Shown: positions 30,969 to 42,478 of the stretch, piece by piece
How positions within the stretch are numbered: position 1 is the first letter of the stretch
Layout of the letters: the number at the start of each line of letters is the position of its first letter
Assembly: GCA_029244925.1 (NCBI GenBank)
Contig: JAQWQE010000047.1
Span: forward strand, 1,515 to 65,514
Direction of reading: 5' to 3'
From: Gammaproteobacteria bacterium
Lineage (GTDB): Bacteria; Pseudomonadota; Gammaproteobacteria; Steroidobacterales; UBA11654
Length of the DNA: 64,000 bases
Notes under the pieces: model-generated
Database searches by the model: none
Told to the model about the DNA's origin: nothing
Seen by the model: only the letters and a program-made list of their open reading frames with translations
Position numbers and translations under genes: made by a program

Positions 30969-33695
30969 ATGAGTATTAACTTTAGTAACATTTTTAAAAA
31001 GGTATTTGGCAGCAGTAATGAAAGGCTGCTTAGTCAGTATTCTAAGACGATAGATAGCATTAATGCTCTAGAAGAATCTCTAAAAAATCTTAGCGATGAA
31101 GAGTTAAGAAATAAATCTGGTCAACTTAAAATAAAATACAATCAAAATAAGAATTTAGATGAAATTCTTCCTGAAGCTTTTGCTGTAGTCAGAGAAGCAT
31201 CTCAGAGGACAATTGGACTTAGACATTATGATGTTCAGCTAATTGGTGGTTTAGTTCTGCATAATGGAAAGATCTCTGAAATGAAAACAGGAGAGGGAAA
31301 AACCTTAGTTTCAACTTTGCCTGCATATCTTAATGCACTTGCAGGTACGGGAGTTCATATTGTTACTGTTAATGAATATTTAGCAGAAAGAGACTCTGAT
31401 TGGATGAGACCTATTTATGAATTCTTAGGCTTATCAGTGGGATTTATCCGTTCTGAACAAACTCAGGCAGATAAAAGAGCTGCTTATAATTGTGATATTA
31501 CCTATGGAACCAATAATGAATTTGGATTTGATTATTTGAGGGATAATTTATCTTATGATAAGCAATCCCAAGCTCAAGGCCAACTTGGCTTTGCCATTGT
31601 GGATGAAGTAGATTCTATTTTGATTGATGAAGCCAGAACACCATTGATTATTTCTGGTCAAGCAGATCAAGGTACAGACTTATATCTTAGAGTGAATCAA
31701 ATTGTTGATAGACTAAAGCCCGCTATCAGTGAAGATGAAACGATGGATTACACGATAGATGAGAAATCTAAACAAGTGTATTTAACTGAAGAAGGCCATA
31801 CTAATATCGAGAATATACTTATTGAACTAAAAATCCTTAGTTTAGGTGAAAGCCTATATGACCCTAAAAACATTAAGCTAATGCATCACATCAATGCTGC
31901 AATCAGAGCACATAAATTATTTAAAAAAGATGTTGATTACATTGTTAAAGACGGGGAAGTAATTATAGTCGATGAATTCACCGGCAGAACCATGACAGGA
32001 AGGAGGTGGTCTGATGGTCTGCATCAAGCTGTTGAAGCGAAAGAAGGCCTGAGCATTAAGGAAGAAAATCAAACAGTAGCATCCATTACCTTTCAAAATT
32101 ATTTTAGATTGTATGAAAAACTATCAGGAATGACAGGTACTGCTGATACAGAGGCATTTGAATTTCAACAGATTTATGGATTGGAAGTTGTGGTTATACC
32201 GACCCATGAAAAAATGGTAAGAGATGATTCATCAGATCTTGTTTATCTGAATAGAAAAGGTAAATTTGACAATATAATTAAAGACATAAAAGAAAGAAAA
32301 TCAAATGGACAGCCTATCTTGGTTGGAACAGCTTCAATTGAAAATAGTGAGTATATTTCAAGCTTACTTGTAAAAGAGAGTATAAAACATGAAGTATTAA
32401 ACGCTAAACAGCATAAAAAAGAATCAATTATCATTGCACAAGCAGGACAACCTGGAGCTGTAACAATAGCTACTAACATGGCTGGAAGAGGAACGGACAT
32501 AGTTTTGGGAGGTAATTTTGAAGCAGAAATAAAATTATCCGGTAAGACAGTGGATGCACAGAGAACTGAAGAGTTAAGGCAACAATGGGTAAAAAGAAAT
32601 AGACAAGTAATTGAATCTGGAGGATTGCATATTATTGGAACAGAAAGACATGAATCCAGAAGAATCGATAATCAGCTTAGGGGACGTTCAGGAAGACAAG
32701 GAGATCCTGGTTCAACTAGATTTTATTTATCAATGGAGGATGATCTTCTAAGAATATTTGGTGATCCTGAGAGAACCAAAAACATGCTTTCAAGAGTAGG
32801 CATGGAGGAAGGAGAAGCAATAGAGAGTAAGCTTTTAACAAAACAAATAGAAAGAGCTCAAAGAAAGGTTGAGTCACATAATTTTGATATCAGAAAAAAT
32901 CTTCTCGAGTATGATGATGTTGCCAATGATCAAAGATCAGTTATATATCAATTAAGAACAGATATTTTATCTTCCAATACTATCGAAGACATCGTCTCTG
33001 GTATCAGTAAAGAGTCTATCCAAGAATTAACAAATCAATACGTCAGTGCAGACTCTCAAGAAGAAGAATGGGATCTCGAAGGATTATCTCAATCAATTTT
33101 TAACGATTTTTTGATTACACTAGATCTGGAAACCATAATCAATCAAGATGATTCCATTGGATCTGATCAGATTTGGAAAATAATTCATGATGAGTATAAG
33201 AAAAACTACAGTGCAAAAGAACATGTAGTTGGGGAAAAACCAATGAGAGAAATCGAGAAAGCAGTGATGCTCCAACAGTTGGATTTTTATTGGAGAGAGC
33301 ATTTGGCTGCTATGGATCATTTAAGGCAAGGGATACATTTAAGGGGTTACGCGCAGAAGAATCCCAAGCAAGAGTATAAGAGAGAATCTTTTGAAATGTT
33401 TGCAAACATGATGGATCAATTAAAGTTTAATGTGATTAGTATTTTATCTAGAGCAAAGTTTAAGGGCGAGGAAGATGCTACTACTGTAAATGAACAATTA
33501 CCAAAATTTGATGATGTTGAATTAAAGCATAAAGAATCCTCAGTCTTTAAAACGCCACCAAATCAATCAGGTTCTGGCCAAAATGAACCCATGCAATCAA
33601 CTTTTATCAGAGAGGATAAAAAAGTTGGTAGAAATGAACCATGCCCATGTGGATCAGGTAAAAAGTATAAGAAATGTCATGGTATCCCACAGTAA
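30969..33695 (+). CDS. secA: preprotein translocase ATPase SecA
   Basis: 908 aa. [39 protein letters not shown], and the C-terminal zinc motif [14 protein letters not shown]. Confidence 0.97.
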   Translation: MSINFSNIFKKVFGSSNERLLSQYSKTIDSINALEESLKNLSDEELRNKSGQLKIKYNQNKNLDEILPEAFAVVREASQRTIGLRHYDVQLIGGLVLHNGKISEMKTGEGKTLVSTLPAYLNALAGTGVHIVTVNEYLAERDSDWMRPIYEFLGLSVGFIRSEQTQADKRAAYNCDITYGTNNEFGFDYLRDNLSYDKQSQAQGQLGFAIVDEVDSILIDEARTPLIISGQADQGTDLYLRVNQIVDRLKPAISEDETMDYTIDEKSKQVYLTEEGHTNIENILIELKILSLGESLYDPKNIKLMHHINAAIRAHKLFKKDVDYIVKDGEVIIVDEFTGRTMTGRRWSDGLHQAVEAKEGLSIKEENQTVASITFQNYFRLYEKLSGMTGTADTEAFEFQQIYGLEVVVIPTHEKMVRDDSSDLVYLNRKGKFDNIIKDIKERKSNGQPILVGTASIENSEYISSLLVKESIKHEVLNAKQHKKESIIIAQAGQPGAVTIATNMAGRGTDIVLGGNFEAEIKLSGKTVDAQRTEELRQQWVKRNRQVIESGGLHIIGTERHESRRIDNQLRGRSGRQGDPGSTRFYLSMEDDLLRIFGDPERTKNMLSRVGMEEGEAIESKLLTKQIERAQRKVESHNFDIRKNLLEYDDVANDQRSVIYQLRTDILSSNTIEDIVSGISKESIQELTNQYVSADSQEEEWDLEGLSQSIFNDFLITLDLETIINQDDSIGSDQIWKIIHDEYKKNYSAKEHVVGEKPMREIEKAVMLQQLDFYWREHLAAMDHLRQGIHLRGYAQKNPKQEYKRESFEMFANMMDQLKFNVISILSRAKFKGEEDATTVNEQLPKFDDVELKHKESSVFKTPPNQSGSGQNEPMQSTFIREDKKVGRNEPCPCGSGKKYKKCHGIPQ

Positions 33696-33726
33696 ATTTT
33701 TCTAAGTATTCATTCTCTAAAAGAAC

Positions 33727-34113
33727 ATGTTGAAAGTTTCGATTGGCATAATAGAAAATTCTAGTGATGAAATTCTTATAAGCAATAGAGAAAATAAAAA
33801 AATCTTTAATAATCATTGGGAATTTCCTGGTGGCAAGCTCCAAGATAGAGAGTTACCTGAAGAGGCCTTGGTTAGAGAATTAAATGAGGAGTTGGGGATA
33901 GCTCCAATTGAATTCTTTCATATCGATAATATAAAATACCATTACACTGATTACACAATTGAACTTATACCATTTGTCATAAAACAATATTCAGGCGTGA
34001 TAACAAGTAAAGAGGGGCAGGGATTAAAATGGGTTTCAATAGAACAACTCAGTCAGATAAAAATTATACCTGCTAGTAAACCTGTGATTGAATATCTGTT
34101 AGCTAATAATTAG
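33727..34113 (+). CDS. mutT: NUDIX hydrolase, MutT-like 8-oxo-dGTP diphosphatase
   Basis: 128 aa. Nudix box GGKLQDRELPEEALVRELNEELGI; follows secA as in E. coli. Confidence 0.8.
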   Translation: MLKVSIGIIENSSDEILISNRENKKIFNNHWEFPGGKLQDRELPEEALVRELNEELGIAPIEFFHIDNIKYHYTDYTIELIPFVIKQYSGVITSKEGQGLKWVSIEQLSQIKIIPASKPVIEYLLANN

Positions 34114-34871
34114 CAAAGAGAAATCTTAAAATTAACATTGTTCTTATGTTGTTTTGAATCATTAGAATTAGTGTCATATTCAAAGAATCGAACAGCAATT
34201 AAATGTTTTCCACCGCTTATCTCAGGGTAAATGGATTTATTTTTTAAGAAAATTCTAACAAGTGAAATCTGAGTTTTTCTTTCAATTTGATGATTATATA
34301 GGCCATCAACTGCAACTGTTCCTATAGGTTCTGCGCTTTCTCTAATCAGCCATAAAAGTTTTTCAATTCCCATACAGATTGGTGCTATTACACCAATCCA
34401 TGAATTAAGAAGGCGTTTTACTTTGACATCACTGGAATCAAGCCAATGTTTATATTTAGGCATATCAAATTCAGCTTTTCCACCTGGAAGCGTATGGCGA
34501 TGAAGTAAACTTGAGATGAATTCATTATTTCTTAATGGTTCTAGATAGCCTGTCCCTATAGTGTCCACATTATTTTTAATATTTTCAAGATCTGAAAGTA
34601 TATCTGCTGCAATTTCTGAATCAGCATCTGGCACACTTTGGAATCTCTCCATTTGCACAATAAATCTTTCAAGATCTGCAAGCACTTCTCTTCTTACATC
34701 CGTTCTTGATAAAATGGAGTAGATTTCTAATAAACTATGGATGGATGATCTAATAGCCCAGGGTCCTGAAGACTCTTGAGAGAAATATTTGAGTCTTTCA
34801 TATAAAAACTCAATTCTCATGAAAGTTCTCAATCTTTCATTTAGAGGTAGTTCATAAATTCCTTTTGTCAT
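34110..34871 (-). CDS. zapD: cell division protein ZapD (YacF)
   Basis: 253 aa. The N-terminal YELPLNERLRTFMRIEFLYERL is collinear with E. coli ZapD, and the gene is adjacent to coaE. Confidence 0.8.
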   Translation of the reverse strand: MTKGIYELPLNERLRTFMRIEFLYERLKYFSQESSGPWAIRSSIHSLLEIYSILSRTDVRREVLADLERFIVQMERFQSVPDADSEIAADILSDLENIKNNVDTIGTGYLEPLRNNEFISSLLHRHTLPGGKAEFDMPKYKHWLDSSDVKVKRLLNSWIGVIAPICMGIEKLLWLIRESAEPIGTVAVDGLYNHQIERKTQISLVRIFLKNKSIYPEISGGKHLIAVRFFEYDTNSNDSKQHKNNVNFKISLC

Positions 34872-34905
34872 ATAAATTCTTACTTTTTAAAAGGTGGTTT
34901 AGTAT

Positions 34906-35526
34906 TTACTTTTTGTAAGTTCTAATCAAATCTAAATAAAAATTATGGATGTTCTTAACTTCCTCTTCTAATTTTATCAGTGAGTTGTTTTTTTCATTTT
35001 TTACTGTTTCATTAGCAAATTTTAATCTTGTTTCTCTATCGATTTGATTACTCAGTATATTTTTAGCATATTCTTCTGTAATCTCATCTCTTTTCATTAA
35101 TCTCTCCATCTGAGTTTGAATTGAGCAATCCACTACTAGTATTCTATCGGTAAACTTTTGAAATCCTGATTCAATCAAAAGAGGAACTTCAATGATTTTA
35201 TATTCACCTTCTGCGCTCTTTATTTCAGTTTGTATAGTATCCAGAACTTTTGGATGAATGATTGATTCAAGTTTTTTTTTGTCTCTTTTACTTTTAAAGA
35301 CAATAGATCCTAATTTCTTTCTATCAATATCACCATTTTCACCAGTAATACTTTCTCCAAAACACTCTATAATTTCTGAGTATGCTAAGCCATTTATTTT
35401 TGTTAAATCATGTGAAATCTGATCGGCATCAATAATTGGTATAGATAAATTTGAAAAAAACTTACACACAGTACTTTTGCCGGAAGCGATTCCGCCAGTT
35501 AAGCCAATGATTAGAGAATCTTTCAT
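34906..35526 (-). CDS. coaE: dephospho-CoA kinase
   Basis: 206 aa. P-loop IGLTGGIASGKST; VPLLIESG. Confidence 0.9.
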   Translation of the reverse strand: MKDSLIIGLTGGIASGKSTVCKFFSNLSIPIIDADQISHDLTKINGLAYSEIIECFGESITGENGDIDRKKLGSIVFKSKRDKKKLESIIHPKVLDTIQTEIKSAEGEYKIIEVPLLIESGFQKFTDRILVVDCSIQTQMERLMKRDEITEEYAKNILSNQIDRETRLKFANETVKNEKNNSLIKLEEEVKNIHNFYLDLIRTYKK

Positions 35527-35626
35527 AAAAAATAACTAAAAAATATGTTTAATTACATTATAGTTTAGATCAAAATAGCCTAGTTGTAATAAGTTCTATT
35601 TTAAATAACTATATTTTCTTAGCTTT

Positions 35627-36790
35627 ATGAATCTACATGAGTATCAATCAAAGCAAATATTTTTAGAATCGGGTATTCCCGTCTTGGATGGTGGAGTTGC
35701 AGTAAGTCCAGACGAAGCCTTTGAGGTTGCTAAAAATCTTTCCACAAATATTTGGGTTGTAAAAGCACAAGTTCATGCCGGAGGACGAGGAAAGGTAGGT
35801 GGTGTTAAGATTACCAAGAACATCGATGAAGTTAAGGACCTTGCTGAAAAAATGTTGGGTACGAGACTTGTTACTAAACAAACTGATGTCAAGGGTCTTC
35901 CAATTAATCATGTTTATATTGAAGCGGGCACTGAAATTGTTGCAGAATATTATTTTAGTTTAGTTATTGATCGAGCTAAAGAAACGTATACATTCATTGT
36001 TTCATCTGAGGGTGGGATGGATATAGAAGCGGTTGCAGACGATACTCCAGAAAAAATAATTAGATACTCAATAGATCCAAGTAAAGGCTTGAGTAACGAG
36101 TCTTTGCGCTCATTAGCAAAGAAGCTTAATTTCATGAGCCACTTAGAGGATGAATTTATTGATTTTGCAAAAAAAATATATGAATTAGCTAAAAAAACAG
36201 ATGCAAATCTAATTGAGGTTAATCCATTAATTATTGATGGAGATAATCATTTAATGGCTTTGGATTCAAAAATAGCAATTGAGGATAATGCTCTTTTTAG
36301 ACAGCCAGAATTATATGAGCTAAGAGACCCAGAGCAAGAGGACAAGTTAGAAGAGAAAGCATCCAACAATGATCTTAGCTATGTTTCTTTGGACGGCAAT
36401 ATTGCCTGCATGGTTAATGGAGCCGGCTTAGCAATGGCGACTATGGATCTTATTCAGATTCATGGAGGTCGTCCAGCAAACTTTCTTGATGTGGGGGGTG
36501 GGGCCACTACTGAGAGAGTGACGGCTGCATTTGAGATTATTTTAGAAAATCCAAATGTTAAGGCTATTTTAGTGAATATTTTTGGTGGCATTGTGAGATG
36601 TGATGTTATAGCTGATGGCATCATTAATGCGGTCAGGTCATCCAATATAGCCATACCCATTATTGTAAGGTTGGAAGGCACTAATGTAGAAAATGGCAAA
36701 CTGAAATTAGAAGAATCTGGTTTGGAAATAATATCGGCTAATGATCTTACTGATGCAGCAGTCAAAGTAGTTGAATCTGCTGGAGTATAA
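35627..36790 (+). CDS. sucC: succinyl-CoA synthetase beta subunit
   Basis: 387 aa. MNLHEYQSKQIF, VVKAQVHAGGRGKVGGVK, and ACMVNGAGLAMATMD. Confidence 0.95.
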   Translation: MNLHEYQSKQIFLESGIPVLDGGVAVSPDEAFEVAKNLSTNIWVVKAQVHAGGRGKVGGVKITKNIDEVKDLAEKMLGTRLVTKQTDVKGLPINHVYIEAGTEIVAEYYFSLVIDRAKETYTFIVSSEGGMDIEAVADDTPEKIIRYSIDPSKGLSNESLRSLAKKLNFMSHLEDEFIDFAKKIYELAKKTDANLIEVNPLIIDGDNHLMALDSKIAIEDNALFRQPELYELRDPEQEDKLEEKASNNDLSYVSLDGNIACMVNGAGLAMATMDLIQIHGGRPANFLDVGGGATTERVTAAFEIILENPNVKAILVNIFGGIVRCDVIADGIINAVRSSNIAIPIIVRLEGTNVENGKLKLEESGLEIISANDLTDAAVKVVESAGV

Positions 36791-36793
36791 ATT

Positions 36794-37663
36794 ATGAGCG
36801 TGTTAATTAATTCTTCTTCAAAAATTTTATGCCAAGGCATTACAGGTAGTCAAGGAACATTTCATACAGAGCAGTGTATAGAATATGGAACCTCAGTGGT
36901 TGCAGGAGTCACTCCTGGACGAGGCGGTAAAGATCACTTGGGCGTTCCTGTTTTTAATTCTGTTAAAGAAGCTAGAGAGAACTTAGAAATAGATGTGAGT
37001 ATGATCTTTGTTCCTGCAAAATTTGCATCGGAGGCAATTATAGCCGCAATAGAAGCTGAAATTGGATTGATTGTTTGTATAACAGAAGGGATACCTGTCC
37101 AAGATATGATTGCTGTAAAAGCTAAAATTAAAGATTCTAATTCAAAACTAATTGGACCTAATTGCCCTGGAATTATTACTCCTGAGGAGTCTAAGATCGG
37201 CATTATGCCAGGATTTATTCATAAGAAAGGTTCCGTTGGTATTATTTCAAGATCAGGTACTTTGACTTATGAAGCGGTCCATCAAACTACTCACTATGGT
37301 ATGGGACAAAGTACATGCATAGGTATTGGTGGCGATCCCATTAAAGGGCTCAATTTTATTGATTGTTTGGAGTTATTTGAAGCTGATCCTGATACTAAAG
37401 GTATAGTCATGGTTGGAGAAATTGGTGGATCCGATGAGGAAAAAGCTGCAACTTTTATCAAAGATAATATTTCAAAACCTGTTGTGGCTTATATTGCTGG
37501 TGTGTCAGCGCCACCGGGGAAAAGAATGGGCCATGCTGGAGCGATTGTTACTGGCAAAGAAGGAACAGCGTCTGCTAAATACGAAGCTCTAAATGAAGCA
37601 GGAGTTCATACTGTTGAATCTCTAGCGTTGATTGGTGAGAAAATGAATTCAGTTTTAAAATAG
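36794..37663 (+). CDS. sucD: succinyl-CoA synthetase alpha subunit
   Basis: 289 aa. [20 protein letters not shown], and the phosphohistidine loop MGHAGAIV. Confidence 0.95.
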   Translation: MSVLINSSSKILCQGITGSQGTFHTEQCIEYGTSVVAGVTPGRGGKDHLGVPVFNSVKEARENLEIDVSMIFVPAKFASEAIIAAIEAEIGLIVCITEGIPVQDMIAVKAKIKDSNSKLIGPNCPGIITPEESKIGIMPGFIHKKGSVGIISRSGTLTYEAVHQTTHYGMGQSTCIGIGGDPIKGLNFIDCLELFEADPDTKGIVMVGEIGGSDEEKAATFIKDNISKPVVAYIAGVSAPPGKRMGHAGAIVTGKEGTASAKYEALNEAGVHTVESLALIGEKMNSVLK

Positions 37664-37668
37664 TTTTT

Positions 37669-38460
37669 TTACCAAATTTTATACCAAGGCTCTTTATCCT
37701 CAGTGTCAATTGTTTGAACCAATGAATCAGGAGCATTAGCTAGATAAATACTTTCAGCATTTCCTGCTAAATCAGACATCCCTAAATTTCTATAACCATC
37801 CGCAATAATTTTTAAAGACTCAATTGTGGCAGGCGCTCCATTGTATTGCTCAATAGAAAATTTTGCTCTATTAACTGCCGCAACATAGGCACCTCTTTCC
37901 ATATAATGTTGAGCCACATGGTTTTCATACTTCGCCAGTCTATTTCTAAGAAAAATCATTCTTTGTCTGGAGTTATCAACATAAACACTATTTGGGTATC
38001 TGCGAATGAGTTGAGAAAATACGGAAAAAGATTCCTGAGCTTTGCTTGGCGAACGTTTCGTTAAATCCACATCAAAGACATCATGATACCAAGAATGCTG
38101 ACCTTCAAAGAGAGCCAGCCCCCTCATATATAGCGCATAATCGACTCGAGGATGAGTTGGGTTTTCTTTTTCAAATTGTTTTGCCTCATCAATTGCTTCT
38201 TCAAATGATGAACTTCTATAGTGAGCAAATATAAGATCTAATTGAGCTTGTTTTGCTTGATTGCTGAATGGAAATGAAGTTGTTAATACCTCTAGGTAAT
38301 TAGTTGCATTTCTATAGTTACCATTTTCCATGGAGTTTGTTGCTTTCTCATAAATAATATCTGCAGATGATCTTAAGTCTGTTACTTCATCTTTACTGCA
38401 TCCCGTAATTAAAAAACAGGACATGAGAAATATAGACAATGTTTTTGCTTGTGTTTTCAA
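37669..38460 (-). CDS. bamD: outer membrane protein assembly factor BamD (TPR lipoprotein)
   Basis: 263 aa. Lipobox LITGC and TPR-like repeats; divergent from rluD, as in E. coli. Confidence 0.85.
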   Translation of the reverse strand: MKTQAKTLSIFLMSCFLITGCSKDEVTDLRSSADIIYEKATNSMENGNYRNATNYLEVLTTSFPFSNQAKQAQLDLIFAHYRSSSFEEAIDEAKQFEKENPTHPRVDYALYMRGLALFEGQHSWYHDVFDVDLTKRSPSKAQESFSVFSQLIRRYPNSVYVDNSRQRMIFLRNRLAKYENHVAQHYMERGAYVAAVNRAKFSIEQYNGAPATIESLKIIADGYRNLGMSDLAGNAESIYLANAPDSLVQTIDTEDKEPWYKIW

Positions 38461-38549
38461 AATTGTAAAACTAGTTATTTGTTTAAGTTAAAAAAATAAT
38501 ATGGAATTATAGCTTAAAATTAGATTAAAAGAATTCTACTAATAAAGAT

Positions 38550-39542
38550 ATGGATCAAAAGAAAATAATAATTACTGTTGATGAGAAGCTAGCAGAAGTA
38601 AGAATTGATAAAGCCATCAGCAGTATTTTGAAAGAATTTTCTAGGATGAACATTAAACAATGGATTAATTCTGGGAATATTTTAGTCAATCAAGAGAAGG
38701 TTGAACCCAAGACTAAATTAATCATTGGGCAAATTGTTAGTGTTGAACCTATCTTTGAAGACAGAAAAGAAACTGTTTCTGAGGCTATGGATCTTAGTAT
38801 TGTTTTTGAAGACGATCATATGATTATCATCAATAAGCCCCATGGGCTAGTTGTACATCCAGGCACAGGTAACATGGAAGGAACATTGCAGAATGGACTT
38901 TTACACCATCATCCAGCTTTAAGTAAGTTACCTAGAGCAGGCTTAATTCATAGGCTTGATAAGAATACAAGTGGCCTTTTAATCATTGCTAAAACCAATC
39001 AATCTTATAATGCATTAGTTTCTGATCTACAAGAGAGACTCATTACTAGAGAGTATCGTGCAATTTGTGTTGGGGTTATGACAAGTGGTGGGACAGTCGA
39101 TGCTAATTTATCAAGAGATCCTAATAATAGAATACGCTTCAAAATCATGAATCAGGGAAAAAGGGCAGTGACCCATTATCGAGTGCTAAAAAAATTCAAA
39201 AACCATACTTTTTTAGGGTTAAGACTTGAGACAGGAAGAACCCATCAAATCAGAGCCCATCTTTCACACATACAATACCCTTTGATAGGTGATCCACTGT
39301 ACGGTGGAAGGTTTTTTACCCCAAAAGGTGCAAAAGAAGACCTGATTTTGAAGCTAAAGAATTTTAAAAGACAGGCTTTGCATGCTTGCTTACTTTCTTT
39401 TAATCATCCTATTGAGAAGAGAAACGTAAAATTTGAGTCCACACTGCCAACTGATATGGAATCGATATTATTAGAGATGTCTGAAGGGTCTTTAACAAAA
39501 GAATCAGCAAATAAAATAGTCTATCCTGAAGCTAAAGTTTAG
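38550..39542 (+). CDS. rluD: 23S rRNA pseudouridine synthase RluD
   Basis: 330 aa. S4 domain plus the RluA-family catalytic motif GLIHRLDKNTSGLL, and GRTHQIRAHL. Confidence 0.9.
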   Translation: MDQKKIIITVDEKLAEVRIDKAISSILKEFSRMNIKQWINSGNILVNQEKVEPKTKLIIGQIVSVEPIFEDRKETVSEAMDLSIVFEDDHMIIINKPHGLVVHPGTGNMEGTLQNGLLHHHPALSKLPRAGLIHRLDKNTSGLLIIAKTNQSYNALVSDLQERLITREYRAICVGVMTSGGTVDANLSRDPNNRIRFKIMNQGKRAVTHYRVLKKFKNHTFLGLRLETGRTHQIRAHLSHIQYPLIGDPLYGGRFFTPKGAKEDLILKLKNFKRQALHACLLSFNHPIEKRNVKFESTLPTDMESILLEMSEGSLTKESANKIVYPEAKV

Positions 39543-39617
39543 ATATTTTTGTAGCACTGGAGTAAGATACCAAAATTTTAGATATAAAATTTTTATCAAT
39601 AGTAAGAATTATAATTT

Positions 39618-39932
39618 ATGCCCATATATGAATATCAGTGTCAGGAATGCGAGCATCTCTTTGATGCGCTGCAGAAAATCAATGAAAAACCTCTTCTTGA
39701 TTGCCCTAGCTGTGGTGAAGATGCTCTGAAGAGGTTAATTTCAGCTCCCAATTTTAGATTAAAAGGAAAGGGTTGGTATGAAACTGATTTTAAAAAAGAA
39801 AACCAAAAAAATTTGGTAGATAGTAAGGAAGACAAGTCTTCAAAAGCAGAAGATAAAGATACAAAGAAAAAATCAGATCAACCTGAAAAAAAGAAAGCAA
39901 GCAAAGATAAAGCACCAAAAGATAAAGAGTAA
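39618..39932 (+). CDS. FmdB-family zinc-ribbon protein with a Lys/Asp/Glu-rich tail
   Basis: 104 aa. MPIYEYQCQECEHLFD...CPSCG gives two CxxC pairs; the C-terminal half is low complexity. Confidence 0.7.
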   Translation: MPIYEYQCQECEHLFDALQKINEKPLLDCPSCGEDALKRLISAPNFRLKGKGWYETDFKKENQKNLVDSKEDKSSKAEDKDTKKKSDQPEKKKASKDKAPKDKE

Positions 39933-39993
39933 TATACTAAGAGAGTGCTTTTGAAAATTATTGTTAATTGAGCAGAAATATTAAAGAATTAAG

Positions 39994-40626
39994 ATGAAGA
40001 GAATAAGACGCATAATTGTAGCAGGCCTATTGGTTTGGTTGCCACTGGGCGTCACCATATTTATCATAAGATTACTATTGGACCTTCTTGGACAAACTTA
40101 CAAAATTATTCCAGAATTTTTGAGGCCTGAGAGCATACTTGGATTCTCTATTCCAGGGTTTGAAATTCTTTTAGCCCTCGTTATCATTTTTGCTACAGGA
40201 CTAATAGCTGCAAACTTTATTGGTAAAAGCCTTGTTGACTGGTGGGAATCTTTACTCGATAAGATCCCTCTAGTTCGAAATATATACTCACCGCTAAAGA
40301 AGTTTTCTGAACTAATACTCTCAGATCAAACGCAATCATTTTCGAAAGTGCTGTTGATAGAATACCCAAGAAAGGGTTTGTATAGTTTGTGCTTTCAAAC
40401 ATCAAAAAACCTTGGAGAAATAGAAAAAAAGAGTGGAAGAGATGTGGTTTGTGTTTTTGTTCCAACGACTCCCAACCCAACTTCAGGGTTAATCTTAATG
40501 GTTCCTGAAGAAGATGTTATTGAACTAGATATGAGTGTTGAAGATGGACTCAAAATGATCATTTCATTGGGTGTGGTTGTTCCAGGCGAGCGGTTAGATG
40601 AAATACAAAGAAAAGATTTACCATGA
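39994..40626 (+). CDS. DUF502-family membrane protein
   Basis: 210 aa with two N-terminal TM helices and IPLVRNIYSPLKKF. ATGA overlap with aspS. Confidence 0.6.
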   Translation: MKRIRRIIVAGLLVWLPLGVTIFIIRLLLDLLGQTYKIIPEFLRPESILGFSIPGFEILLALVIIFATGLIAANFIGKSLVDWWESLLDKIPLVRNIYSPLKKFSELILSDQTQSFSKVLLIEYPRKGLYSLCFQTSKNLGEIEKKSGRDVVCVFVPTTPNPTSGLILMVPEEDVIELDMSVEDGLKMIISLGVVVPGERLDEIQRKDLP

Positions 40627-42407
40627 CAGAAAATAGAAAAGTTAGATCCATTTATTGCGAAGCAGTAGGAAGTAAAATGAATGGAGAAACAGTTACAGTG
40701 GCTGGCTGGGTTCATCGAAGAAGAGATCATGGAGGTGTTATTTTTGTTGATCTCCGTGATACCAGCGGCTTGTTACAATTGGTTTTTAACCCTGAGGATA
40801 TGGATCTGTTTCAGCAAGCTGAGAAAATAAGGAATGAGTTTGTTATTTCTGTTACTGGAATTGTCAGAGACAGGCCAGAAGGAACAGTGAATTCTGATAT
40901 GCCAACTGGAGCGATAGAAATTCTTGCCAGTGATATGAGTGTTTTAAACAGATCATTAACACCACCATTTCATCACGATGAAAATGCAAATGAAGACACA
41001 CGCTTAAAGTATCGCTATTTGGATCTTCGTAGAAGTGAAATGGCAGATAAACTTAAGATACGTCATAGCATCATTCGCTCATTGAGAAATTTTTTAGATC
41101 AAAAACAGTTTATAGAAATTGAGACTCCAATCCTTACTAAAGCCACTCCTGAGGGAGCAAGAGATTATCTTGTTCCTAGTAGAACTCAGAAAGGAGACTT
41201 TTTTGCCCTACCTCAATCACCACAATTGTTTAAACAGCTGATTATGATGTCTGGATTTGATAAGTATTACCAAGTGGCTCGTTGCTTTAGAGATGAGGAT
41301 TTGAGAGCAGATAGGCAACCTGAATTTACACAATTGGATATTGAGATGTCTTTTGTGGATCAAGAAGAAGTTAGAGATGTCATGGAAGCTATGGTTAAAA
41401 ATCTTTTTGAAGAAGTGCTGAATTATCAGTTTGAAAGCGAGTTTGAAAAAATTACTTATCGAGATGCAATGCATCGATATGGCTCTGATCGTCCTCATAT
41501 GGGAATTGACTTGGAGTTACAAGATGTCAGTGATTTAATGACAGATGTAGAATTTAAAGTATTTTCAGGGCCTGCCAATGCAAGTGATTCAAGAGTGGCT
41601 TGTTTGAAGCTAGCAAGAGCCTCTGACATTACAAGAAAACAAATTGATAACTACACGGCTTTTGTAGGCGAATATGGAGCAAAAGGACTGGCTTATATAA
41701 AAGTACAGGATATTGGCCAAGGCCCTCAGGGTTTACAATCTCCCATTCTTAAATTCTTGGATGAGTCAACCGTCAACGCCCTCATTGAAAGGCTCAATCC
41801 TCAAGATGGGGATGTTATTTTCTTTGGCGCTGATAAGTCAAATATTGTAAACACCTCATTAGGCGCTTTGAGGGTAAAATTGGCTGAAGATTTTAATTTG
41901 ATCAAGGAAGGTTGGTTTCCAGTATGGGTTGTTGATTTCCCTATGTTTCATTGGGACTCCAAGGAAAAGAGATGGGTGTCTGAACACCATCCCTTCACTT
42001 CACCAATTAATTCATCGCATGATGCATTGATAGAAAATCCAAGTGATGCCTTATCCAGAGGTTATGACTTGGTTCTGAATGGCAGTGAAATTGGCGGAGG
42101 ATCAATAAGAATTCACTCCCAAGAAATGCAACAGACTGTTTTTGAAGTCTTGGGAATTGATCCTGAAGAGGCCAATGAGAAGTTTGGGTTTTTTCTTGAA
42201 GCTCTCAAGTATGGTTGCCCTCCACATGGAGGTATTGCCTTTGGAATAGATCGAATAGTGATGCTAATGACTGGATCCACTAGCATTCGTGAGGTTATTG
42301 CTTTTCCAAAAACTCAAACGGCTAGTTGCCTTTTAACGGGTGCACCAAGCCAAGCAGGAAAAGATCAACTAAAAGAACTGGGAATTTCAACAAAGGCACA
42401 AAAATAA
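40623..42407 (+). CDS. aspS: aspartate--tRNA ligase
   Basis: 594 aa. N-terminal OB fold (VAGWVHRRRDHGGVIFVDLRD) and class II motifs (FRDEDLRADRQPEFTQLD, GGGSIRIH, GIAFGIDR). Confidence 0.96.
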   Translation: MTENRKVRSIYCEAVGSKMNGETVTVAGWVHRRRDHGGVIFVDLRDTSGLLQLVFNPEDMDLFQQAEKIRNEFVISVTGIVRDRPEGTVNSDMPTGAIEILASDMSVLNRSLTPPFHHDENANEDTRLKYRYLDLRRSEMADKLKIRHSIIRSLRNFLDQKQFIEIETPILTKATPEGARDYLVPSRTQKGDFFALPQSPQLFKQLIMMSGFDKYYQVARCFRDEDLRADRQPEFTQLDIEMSFVDQEEVRDVMEAMVKNLFEEVLNYQFESEFEKITYRDAMHRYGSDRPHMGIDLELQDVSDLMTDVEFKVFSGPANASDSRVACLKLARASDITRKQIDNYTAFVGEYGAKGLAYIKVQDIGQGPQGLQSPILKFLDESTVNALIERLNPQDGDVIFFGADKSNIVNTSLGALRVKLAEDFNLIKEGWFPVWVVDFPMFHWDSKEKRWVSEHHPFTSPINSSHDALIENPSDALSRGYDLVLNGSEIGGGSIRIHSQEMQQTVFEVLGIDPEEANEKFGFFLEALKYGCPPHGGIAFGIDRIVMLMTGSTSIREVIAFPKTQTASCLLTGAPSQAGKDQLKELGISTKAQK

Positions 42408-42478
42408 TTATAAAGAATTGAATATTTTCATTCTAATTTAGTGATAGATCATTGATAATACCCTTCAATTTTTAATGA